Below are positions 29,284 to 37,238 of a stretch of 46,135 bases of DNA, piece after piece. Origin of the DNA: Pseudomonadales bacterium (lineage in GTDB: Bacteria; Pseudomonadota; Gammaproteobacteria; Pseudomonadales; DT-91); NCBI GenBank assembly GCA_036568205.1, contig DATCSZ010000413.1, positions 1-46,135 of the forward strand. Direction: 5' to 3'. Each line of letters starts with the position of its first letter. The stretch's first letter is position 1. A model generated the notes under the pieces. The model was not told the DNA's origin, made no database searches, and saw only the letters and a program-made list of their open reading frames with translations. Made by a program: the position numbers and the translations under genes.

Positions 29284-31881
29284 ATGAAAAAGCTATGGGT
29301 AGCTGCGGCGGTCAGCATGGCAATGGCAGGGCTGACTGCCTGCCAGCAGGATAATAACAGCCATGCCGGCAGCCAGGTGGAGCAACCGGCGCAGGCTGCA
29401 TCCATGCGTTTTGCGGTGAATTTCCCGGTCAATGAGGTCAGTGCGGCGCTGATCAACAACCAGGCCGCTTCCATTGATTTGCAGGTGTTGCCGGTCAGTG
29501 GCTTGCTGACCGCGCTGGAGATCTGCCTGGAACTGTGTGATCCGCAGGCGCTGACGTTTGGTGAGGGCGGGCGCTACTATGATGTTTATGGTCTTTATTA
29601 TGATATGGCGGACTTGCAGCAGAAATACGCCAGTCTGGTCGGCCCGCAGCTGACAGAAGGCTATCTGCGTGAATATGCCCGGGACATGACCCTGGCAGTG
29701 CAGCTGCTGGTCAACAGTGGTGTCTGGTCATTGCTGGATTTGCAGGCCGTGACACAGCAGCGTACGTTGACGCCGGGTAACAACGCGGTGACCATTGATG
29801 GCCTGTATACCGGTGCCCACCTGATCCTGGCCGCACAACAGGATAGCGAAATCCAGCAACTTTCTTACGAGGTCCAGCTGGCCTGGCTGGGGCCGGGCAG
29901 CAATAGCTTGCCAATGAACCTGATGTCCGGCAGCTGGCGGTCGGTGAATGCGCTGAACCAGCCGGCGCCAATCCAGCTTGGCCTGCTGGGCAGTGATCTG
30001 GCCGCCGCCTGGGATTGGGATATCGAGGCAGAGGGGCAGCAGAATGTCATCCAGGCCATCAGTGAAGGCAGCGCCGACAAGGCTGCCTTGAGCGGCATTC
30101 ATTACCTGAACCATGGTCGTCCGCAAGTCGACAGCAATCAGCCCCTGTTTTACCAGCCGGTCAATTTCCTGTTTGACATGCTGACGGTTAACAATGGTTC
30201 GGCCGCACCGGAGCGGCTGCGCCAGTACAACGAATTGTACGATTATTACGGTGAAGGTCCGTCCAGCGGTTCGCTGGTAGAGGGCATGTTTTACCAAGGT
30301 TTTGATGCGCGCCTCGGCGGCTTGAGTGTGCAAGGCGGCATGTTCAACCTGGAGCTTGCCACGACGGATGCCAATTACCAGGGCATGGAAGCTGGCGCGT
30401 TTATCCTGGATGACATGATGCCGGCGGTGCACGAAGTAAAAGACGGGGTGCGCCGCTACGAGCCGGAACAGCAGGATGGCTGGGAATATCAGTATAGCGA
30501 GTTATATATTGACAGTGCCGGTGTTGCACAAACCCTTTATTACATCAACCAGTCGAATTCGCGCACGGTATGGCAGGGACCGTCTGACCAGCTGGATTTG
30601 TCCACGCTGAAGCCGATGAAAGTCAGCAATGGCAACCGTATCGACGGCGTGCTGGTTGAGTATATTGCCCGGCGTGCCGGGTTTACGGTTGGCCCGGCGC
30701 CGGCCGAACCGGTGCCGACGGTTGAGCCGGGCCTGACCGGCGAGCAGCTGCAGGGGCGTGCGGTGATGGCGCTGGCGATGGATCAGCTGGCGCAGCAGCA
30801 GGGCCTGACGGCATCGGCCGCCAGCCACCCGCTGGGCGCCCGTTGTGCAGCTATCGACAGCATTGATATGTACGCCAATGTCACCTATGGCTGGTGGGAG
30901 GGCAAATGGCAGCCTGGCCTGATCAACTGGAGCTACCAGGCGACCGAGGGTGTAACCGGCAGCACCGGTTGTGACCTGAACAACGATGGCCAGGCGCGTT
31001 TTTTTGAAACCGGTGTGGTGGAAAACTACGGCACGGAATCAATTTACTGTGATAACTGTGACGGCATGCTGTTGCGTTACCGGGTACTGGAGCGGGTGAT
31101 CAATGATGTTGCCCAGGATTGTGAAAGCCCGGACAAGCCTTTCTATATCAGCGAGGGCGACTTGAATGACCTGCTGATTGCCGGCTGGGAACCGGTTGTG
31201 GAAGGGCCGGTTGGCCAGTACACCAATGTTAATGGTGACCTGCTGACCCTGGCGACGGCGTTTGTCTGGGATGATGCACTGGCCAGCTATGTCGAAAAGC
31301 CGGTGCTGTACCGTATCAATGATCTGGATGCCGATGGTGTGGTAGAGCAATATGAAGCGGTGCCGGGTTTCAGCGAGAACGATATCAGTGAAATGCATGT
31401 CTGTTACCAGCCGGTTCGCCTGCTGGGCAATCAGCTGGTGGTGCCGGCGGATGATTTTCTTTACAACATGGAAGAGACGATTAACCTGGCCGGCCGCACG
31501 GCGACCAGTGTGATCAGTGATACTGCCTGTGAGGCGGTACAGCCTGGCCTGACGGCCAGCAAGACCTACCAGTTCACCGAAGCCGGTGTCACCGTCAGCG
31601 GCACCGATATTGATAGCGCCGACTGTTTTGAGGCAACGTTGCAGACGCAGAGCTACACACTGCCGGATGCGGGTATGGTGTTGCCGTTCAATTGCCAGGA
31701 TTATCCGGTGTGTGCATTCAGCGAGCTGAATAGCTATAACTACCTGTTAGATGAGCTGTTGCAGCTGTGGTACGACGAAAGCTTCAGCTTTTACCCGGAT
31801 ATCGGCCAACTGGATTATCAAAAAGTGCTGTATGACGTGACAACAACGAAGTACAGCGAGGTGATCACGCTGCAGCCATGA
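29284..31881 (+). CDS. Large (865 aa) Cys-rich lipoprotein of unknown function with two EF-hand-type Ca-binding loops
   Basis: ATG at 29284 with an AGGGGA RBS. Lipobox MAGLTAC, with Gln at +2. Loops DLNNDGQARFFE (30973-31008) and DLDADGVVEQYE (31321-31356) fit D-x-[DN]-x-D-G-x5-E. I recognise no catalytic motif. Confidence 0.65.
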   Translation: MKKLWVAAAVSMAMAGLTACQQDNNSHAGSQVEQPAQAASMRFAVNFPVNEVSAALINNQAASIDLQVLPVSGLLTALEICLELCDPQALTFGEGGRYYDVYGLYYDMADLQQKYASLVGPQLTEGYLREYARDMTLAVQLLVNSGVWSLLDLQAVTQQRTLTPGNNAVTIDGLYTGAHLILAAQQDSEIQQLSYEVQLAWLGPGSNSLPMNLMSGSWRSVNALNQPAPIQLGLLGSDLAAAWDWDIEAEGQQNVIQAISEGSADKAALSGIHYLNHGRPQVDSNQPLFYQPVNFLFDMLTVNNGSAAPERLRQYNELYDYYGEGPSSGSLVEGMFYQGFDARLGGLSVQGGMFNLELATTDANYQGMEAGAFILDDMMPAVHEVKDGVRRYEPEQQDGWEYQYSELYIDSAGVAQTLYYINQSNSRTVWQGPSDQLDLSTLKPMKVSNGNRIDGVLVEYIARRAGFTVGPAPAEPVPTVEPGLTGEQLQGRAVMALAMDQLAQQQGLTASAASHPLGARCAAIDSIDMYANVTYGWWEGKWQPGLINWSYQATEGVTGSTGCDLNNDGQARFFETGVVENYGTESIYCDNCDGMLLRYRVLERVINDVAQDCESPDKPFYISEGDLNDLLIAGWEPVVEGPVGQYTNVNGDLLTLATAFVWDDALASYVEKPVLYRINDLDADGVVEQYEAVPGFSENDISEMHVCYQPVRLLGNQLVVPADDFLYNMEETINLAGRTATSVISDTACEAVQPGLTASKTYQFTEAGVTVSGTDIDSADCFEATLQTQSYTLPDAGMVLPFNCQDYPVCAFSELNSYNYLLDELLQLWYDESFSFYPDIGQLDYQKVLYDVTTTKYSEVITLQP

Positions 31882-31912
31882 TCGGTTTGAGAGTGATGGA
31901 TGCAAATAACAA

Positions 31913-31935
31913 GGGAGACGGCGTCTCCCTTTTTT
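31913..31935 (+). terminator. Rho-independent terminator or attenuator between the lipoprotein and protease genes
   Basis: GGGAGAC-ggc-GTCTCCC followed by TTTTTTGTTTG. Ends 12 nt before the protease ATG. Confidence 0.7.
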
Positions 31936-31946
31936 GTTTGCCGGTG

Positions 31947-34610
31947 ATGAAGCAATGGCTGTTGCTGGCCTTGTTGTTGCTGGCGCTGCCCCTGCAGGCC
32001 GGCGGGCGACTGATTGTGCAGTTCAACCAGCTGGCTGCGCAGGACCAGCTGGTAATCGACGGCCTGCAACTGCAAAGCCGTCAGCAGCAGCTGCCCGGTG
32101 TGGCGGTCTATCGTTTTGCTAAGCTGCTGGACAGGCAGGCACAATTGCAGCACATCGCGGCGCTGCGTCGCCAGCCGGCGGTGAACTGGGTGGCAGAGGA
32201 TGAATCCGGCATTCGCCTGCAATGGCAGGGTGATGCCGATCCGGCACTGTTGCAGCAACAGGCAATCTGGCACCAGCCACACCGGCTGCCCGGGGCCTGG
32301 GACACGAATGACAGCTGTGCCGGTGTGGTGGTGGCGGTACTCGACAGCGGTGTTGATGCCACGCACACAGACCTTGCGGGCAATGTGTTTGTGAACCTGG
32401 CCGAGCAGCCGGGCAGCAGCATCGACAATGACGGCAATGGCTATAACGGTGATTACCAGGGCTGGAACGCGATTGCCAATAACGGTGACAGCCATGATGG
32501 TTTTGGCCACGGCAGCCATATTGCCGGCATTATCGCGGCTGCCGGCCAGTCGCTGGGGGTGTGTCGAACGGTTGAAGTGCTGCCGGTGCGTTTTCTGGAT
32601 AGCTGGGGCAATGGCAGCATCGCCGATGCAGTGAAGGCCATCTATTATGTGCTGGCGCTGCAGCAGCAGTATCCCGATCGGCGTTTTATCATCAATAACA
32701 GCTGGGCTGCGGTTGCTTATAACAGCGCGCTGGCCAATGCCATCGCCGATGCCACTGCCGCCGGCATATTGTTGGTCAATGCTGCCGGCAACAGCGGCCA
32801 GGATGTCGATCAGCAAGCTGCCTGGCCGGCGGTATCGGCTGCCGACAACCCGGCCAGTATCACCGTGGCCAATGCCGATACCCGTGAGCCGGCACCGTAT
32901 GCATTGCATGGCCGTTCGGCGTATGGTTTTTACAGCGTCACACTGGCTGCCGCCGGCAGCGGCATTGTCAGTACCTGGCCAGGCCAGGCGCACCGCAGTG
33001 AAAGTGGCAGTTCAATGGCGGCGGCGGTGGTCAGCGGTATCGCTGCGCTGGTGTGGTCACAACAGCCGCAGATGAGCGCTGCCGAAGTGCGGGCGGTGCT
33101 GGAAACGGCAGTCGATACCTATTTGCCGATGCAATACCGGCTGAAAAACCCGGGCCTGCTGAATGCTGTGCAGGCGCAGCAGCAGGCGGGCCAGCCGCAA
33201 CCGGTGGCGGTCAGCTTGCAACAACAGGCGCAGGCAGTGTTGCTGCAAGGTGCCTGGTTTGACCGGCTGGTGCGGCTGTTGCAGGACGGTGACGAACTGG
33301 CAATAACGGCAGTGTCATCGACACAGCTGCAGATTGCCCGGCCCGACCGCCTGCGCTGTGGCTGGCTGGAACTGCAGGATGCGCAGGCGCGCAGCAGCCG
33401 CTTGTATATTGACTGGCAGCCGCGCCCCCCGCAGCTGCTGTCACTGCAACGGCTGGAGCAGGGCGGCGTCCTGACCTTCCAGGCCGATGCGGCCATTGAC
33501 GAGATTGTAGTGCAGCTGGCCGGCAGCACGGGTGAATTTCACGATCTGGCAAGACGAGATGCCGGCCAGCAAACAGTGCTGCTGGATTATCTGGCCGATG
33601 ACAGCCGTATTCGCCTGCAGGGCATATCATGGTGCCGGGATCGTAGCGGTGACCTGATTGAAAAAGCCAGCAGCTATTCCGCCGAGCTGGTGCTGGCAGA
33701 TCTGACAGCACCAGTGTGGCGCACTGTGGCGATCAGTGAGGCGGTGGCAGGAAAAAACTATTATGTGCAGTTAGTGGCGGAACCGGCAGACAGCTTCCGG
33801 CTGCAGCCGTTTGCCGGCGATGAATGCCTGCCTGATGGCCTGCAGTTTGCAGATAATGGTGTACTCAGTGGTCAGCCATTACATGCCGGTACATGCACGT
33901 TTCGGGTCGCAGCGATTGCGGCAGACAGCCAGCTGCATAGCCTGCAGACATTGCAGATTGATGTAAAGCCGGCCGATGACGGCCACTACCGGCTGCGCAA
34001 TGGTCAGGGCAATGTGCTGGCCAGTGTGGAAAGCGAGCAGCCTTTGCATGGCCTGGCCTTGCAGCAGTCGGCAGAACAATGGCGACTGAACGGCTGGCAA
34101 CCGGCCAGCCAGCCGGATTACTCGCTGACCCTGGCAATGCCATCGTTGTATGCGCTGGCGGCGCTGCGCTGGCGTACGGCCGAAGGTGCGAGCCTGCCGG
34201 TGTCAGGCAACCACAATGGCCATTACGCGACGGTGCTGGTTGACAGTGCCAGCTATTATGCGCTGCCTGAGATCGACCGGCCGGCCCGTTTTGAACTGGA
34301 ATTTACCGGCCTGCAACAGCGCCTGTTGCCATTGCGTATGGCATCACCGGATAGCCGCTGTTTTATTGCCAGTGCCGTCTATGGTGATCGCCATGCTGCC
34401 GATGTGGTGGCGCTGCGCCATCTGCGTGACCAGGCGCTGGCACGCTGGCCGGCCCAGGTCCAGCCATGGGTGGACAGCTATTATCACCACTCGCCACAAT
34501 GGGTAGCCTGGATGGAGCGGCATCCGCCTGCGGCACAGCTGGCGCGCCAGCTGCTGAGGCCGCTGCTGCACTGGCTGGCAGGTTTGGCACAAGATGCGGA
34601 TGACAGGTGA
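31947..34610 (+). CDS. Secreted subtilisin-like (S8) serine protease with a long C-terminal extension
   Basis: 887 aa from the ATG at 31947. Signal peptide MKQWLLLALLLLALPLQA and a propeptide-like segment. Triad VAVLDSGVD / GHGSHIAG / SGSSMAAAVVSG, with the oxyanion NNSW. One Ig-like repeat LPDGLQFADNGVLSGQP..GTCTF. C-terminal CFIASAVYG tail. Confidence 0.85.
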   Translation: MKQWLLLALLLLALPLQAGGRLIVQFNQLAAQDQLVIDGLQLQSRQQQLPGVAVYRFAKLLDRQAQLQHIAALRRQPAVNWVAEDESGIRLQWQGDADPALLQQQAIWHQPHRLPGAWDTNDSCAGVVVAVLDSGVDATHTDLAGNVFVNLAEQPGSSIDNDGNGYNGDYQGWNAIANNGDSHDGFGHGSHIAGIIAAAGQSLGVCRTVEVLPVRFLDSWGNGSIADAVKAIYYVLALQQQYPDRRFIINNSWAAVAYNSALANAIADATAAGILLVNAAGNSGQDVDQQAAWPAVSAADNPASITVANADTREPAPYALHGRSAYGFYSVTLAAAGSGIVSTWPGQAHRSESGSSMAAAVVSGIAALVWSQQPQMSAAEVRAVLETAVDTYLPMQYRLKNPGLLNAVQAQQQAGQPQPVAVSLQQQAQAVLLQGAWFDRLVRLLQDGDELAITAVSSTQLQIARPDRLRCGWLELQDAQARSSRLYIDWQPRPPQLLSLQRLEQGGVLTFQADAAIDEIVVQLAGSTGEFHDLARRDAGQQTVLLDYLADDSRIRLQGISWCRDRSGDLIEKASSYSAELVLADLTAPVWRTVAISEAVAGKNYYVQLVAEPADSFRLQPFAGDECLPDGLQFADNGVLSGQPLHAGTCTFRVAAIAADSQLHSLQTLQIDVKPADDGHYRLRNGQGNVLASVESEQPLHGLALQQSAEQWRLNGWQPASQPDYSLTLAMPSLYALAALRWRTAEGASLPVSGNHNGHYATVLVDSASYYALPEIDRPARFELEFTGLQQRLLPLRMASPDSRCFIASAVYGDRHAADVVALRHLRDQALARWPAQVQPWVDSYYHHSPQWVAWMERHPPAAQLARQLLRPLLHWLAGLAQDADDR

Positions 34611-34688
34611 GGCCGGCACAACACGCTGCTTGTGCCTCGTGCGCGACATGCCTGTTTTTGCCGTTGCCGGCAAGGCGGCATTGGGTTG

Positions 34689-35984
34689 CTACAGGCGCTT
34701 GCTGAAGATTTTTGAGTTGCGCTGGTAGTTATACAGCTGCTTTTTCTTTTCCGGCAGGCTTTCCAGGCTGGTTTCGGCAAAACCCTGCTCAAGAAAAAAA
34801 TGCGCGGTCTGGGTGGTCAGTACAAACACCCGCTGCAGTTTTTCCTGGCGTGCGCGTTTTTCCAGGTAATGCAGCATTTGCACACCCCGGTTGTTGCCCC
34901 GATAGGCAGGGTGGGTTACCACACAGGCGATTTCGGCTGATTCGCCATCAAACGGGTATAGTGCCGAGCATGCAATGACCATACCGTCACGTTCAACCAC
35001 AATAAAATGGTCGATTTCCTGCTCCAGCAATTCCCGCTCGCGTTTGACCAGAATGCCTTTTTGTTCCAGTGGCAATAACAGCTCCATTATGGCGCCAACA
35101 TCATTGATGCTGGCCGGGCGAATTGACTCAAAACGGTTTTGGCTCAACAGCACGCCGGTGCCATCAGTAGTGAACAGTTCCAGCAACAGCGAGCCGTCCT
35201 GGGCAAACGGGATCATGTGGCAGCGTTCCACACCCGCTGCACAGGCATCAAGCAGGCAGGGAAGCAGGCTGTGCCGGTCATCATCGACCAGTTGCCGGGC
35301 CTGTTCAGGAACCAGTTCGCGTGGCAAATCCTGCAGGGCCTCGCCATCGGTATAAACAATCAGCTTGCTGGCGCGGATGGCAATGGCCGCCTGTACGGCA
35401 ATTTCCTCGGCCGCCAGGTTAAAGCATTCGCCGGTCGACGAGTAGCCGATATTGGATAACAGCACGATATTGCCGCTGTTCAGCTGGCCGTTGATTGCCG
35501 CCTCATCTACCTTGCGAACACCGCCGGTAAAATGGTAATCGCGGCCTTCATGAATACCTAACGGTTTGGCTGTGATGAAATTGCCGCTGACGGTGCGGAT
35601 GTTGGCGCCGTGCATGGGGGAGTTGGGCAGGCCGTTGGAAAACAGCGCTTCCAGCTCAAACCGGCACTTGCCGCTGACCTGCTTGATCACATCCAGTGCG
35701 GCGGCGCTGGTGATGCGTTTGCCGAGATGGATGTCTGACGGCAGGGTGATGTCAGCCAGCGCGGCCTCGATTTGTGGGCGGATGCCATAGACCAGCACAA
35801 TACGCACGCCCAGGCTGTTAAGCAGGGCGATGTCATGCACGATGTCCGGCAGCTGGCTGCTGAGCAGTGCCTGGCCGTCAAGCATGATGACAAAGGTCTT
35901 GCCGCGATGGGCATTGATATACGGCGACGATTGCCGGAATGCCTGGATAAATGTTGTTTTGCTGTTGCTGGTATCCACATTCAT
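34689..35984 (-). CDS. argA: Amino-acid N-acetyltransferase (N-acetylglutamate synthase)
   Basis: 431 aa. Amino-acid kinase-like N-domain (GKTFVIMLDG) and a C-terminal GNAT domain (THPAYRGNNRGVQML). Confidence 0.9.
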   Translation of the reverse strand: MNVDTSNSKTTFIQAFRQSSPYINAHRGKTFVIMLDGQALLSSQLPDIVHDIALLNSLGVRIVLVYGIRPQIEAALADITLPSDIHLGKRITSAAALDVIKQVSGKCRFELEALFSNGLPNSPMHGANIRTVSGNFITAKPLGIHEGRDYHFTGGVRKVDEAAINGQLNSGNIVLLSNIGYSSTGECFNLAAEEIAVQAAIAIRASKLIVYTDGEALQDLPRELVPEQARQLVDDDRHSLLPCLLDACAAGVERCHMIPFAQDGSLLLELFTTDGTGVLLSQNRFESIRPASINDVGAIMELLLPLEQKGILVKRERELLEQEIDHFIVVERDGMVIACSALYPFDGESAEIACVVTHPAYRGNNRGVQMLHYLEKRARQEKLQRVFVLTTQTAHFFLEQGFAETSLESLPEKKKQLYNYQRNSKIFSKRL

Positions 35985-35989
35985 TCTCG

Positions 35990-37141
35990 TTACGGGTTCA
36001 GGCAGTAATGCCGGATAAACTGGCGCAGCAGTGTCACTGCCGGCTTGATCTGGTCAAAGGCGATATATTCATCGGGCTGGTGTGCCTGGTCAATATGGCC
36101 GGGCCCCATCACAATGGTTGGCATGCCCAGCTGCTGCAGAAACGGTGCCTCGGTAGCAAAGGCCACAGCCTCAGGTACATGGCCGGACAGCTGCCCGGCC
36201 AGCCTGACCAGTTCACTGTCAGGGCTTTCAGCAAAGGCTTCCACCGGTGCAAACAGTGGCTCGAACTGCAGTGCCACCTGGTGTTGTGCAGCCACCGGTG
36301 CCAGCTGCTCCAGAATGACCTGACTGATGTTGTCCGAGCTCATGCCGGGCAGGGCGCGCACATCAAAGTGCAGCTCGCAGCTGTTGCAGATACGGTTCGG
36401 GTTGTCACCGCCGTGAATGCAGCCGAAATTCATGGTCGGGTAACTGACGGCAAAACCGGGGTTCTGGTAACGCTGTTGCCAGTCGCTGCGCAGCTGTTTC
36501 AGCACGCCCAGCATGTCGTGCATGGCATCCAGTGCATTGCGGCCCAGCGCCGGGTTGGATGAATGACCGCTCTGGCCGGTCACCAGCAGCCGTTGCATCA
36601 TGATGCCCTTGTGCATGTGCACCGGCTTCAGCCCGGTTGGCTCGCCGATAATGGCTGCACGTGGCTGGCTGAAGTCGGCCTCGGACAATGCCCTGGCGCC
36701 ATTCATCGAGCTTTCTTCGTCGGCGGTAGCCAGCACAATCAACGGGTGCTGAAAATCCTGCTCCAGCAGCGGCAGCACCGCCTCGATAATCAGCGCAAAA
36801 AAACTTTTCATGTCAGCGCTGCCGAGGCCGTAAAAGCGGTTGTCCGCCTCGTTGAGCGACAGCGGGTCAAAGCGCCAGCGCGCCTCATCAAACGGCACGG
36901 TATCGGTATGGCCGGACAATACCAGGCCGCTACTGCCGCTGCCGTAGCAGGCAATCAGGTTGGCCTTGCCATCAGCCAGTGGCTGGATACGGCAGCGAAA
37001 GCCCAGCTGCTCGAACCAGCCGGCCAGCAGGTCGATGACCGGCCGGTTGCTCATGTTCCAGCGCGGGTCGGCAGAGCTGACCGAGGCGGTGGCCAGCAGT
37101 TGTTGCAGGCGCTGTTTCAAATCGGGCAATGTCGGTGTCAT
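35990..37141 (-). CDS. argE: Acetylornithine deacetylase (M20 peptidase family)
   Basis: 383 aa. LSGHTDTVP, ATADEESSMNGA and GPGHIDQAHQPDEY. Lies 5 nt upstream of argA. Confidence 0.85.
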   Translation of the reverse strand: MTPTLPDLKQRLQQLLATASVSSADPRWNMSNRPVIDLLAGWFEQLGFRCRIQPLADGKANLIACYGSGSSGLVLSGHTDTVPFDEARWRFDPLSLNEADNRFYGLGSADMKSFFALIIEAVLPLLEQDFQHPLIVLATADEESSMNGARALSEADFSQPRAAIIGEPTGLKPVHMHKGIMMQRLLVTGQSGHSSNPALGRNALDAMHDMLGVLKQLRSDWQQRYQNPGFAVSYPTMNFGCIHGGDNPNRICNSCELHFDVRALPGMSSDNISQVILEQLAPVAAQHQVALQFEPLFAPVEAFAESPDSELVRLAGQLSGHVPEAVAFATEAPFLQQLGMPTIVMGPGHIDQAHQPDEYIAFDQIKPAVTLLRQFIRHYCLNP

Positions 37142-37238
37142 AATGGCGAAAAGGGCACAATAACAGAGGGTGGCAACCTGCTTTGTAGCAGAAAAGCGCT
37201 ATGATGAAAACAGTTGTACGCCCATTGCAGAGAATCCC

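Noticed and set aside
31818-32993. 391-aa minus-strand ORF over the N-terminal half of the S8 protease gene.
   Set aside because: The plus frame encodes the complete D/H/S catalytic triad. The antisense frame has no motifs and shows GC-bias composition.
34611-34688. Hairpins (GGCACAA...TTGTGCC and GCCGTTGCC/GGCAAGGCGGC) between the convergent protease and argA genes, as terminators.
   Set aside because: Neither hairpin is followed by a U-tract in the correct orientation for either gene, so I do not call an intrinsic terminator here.
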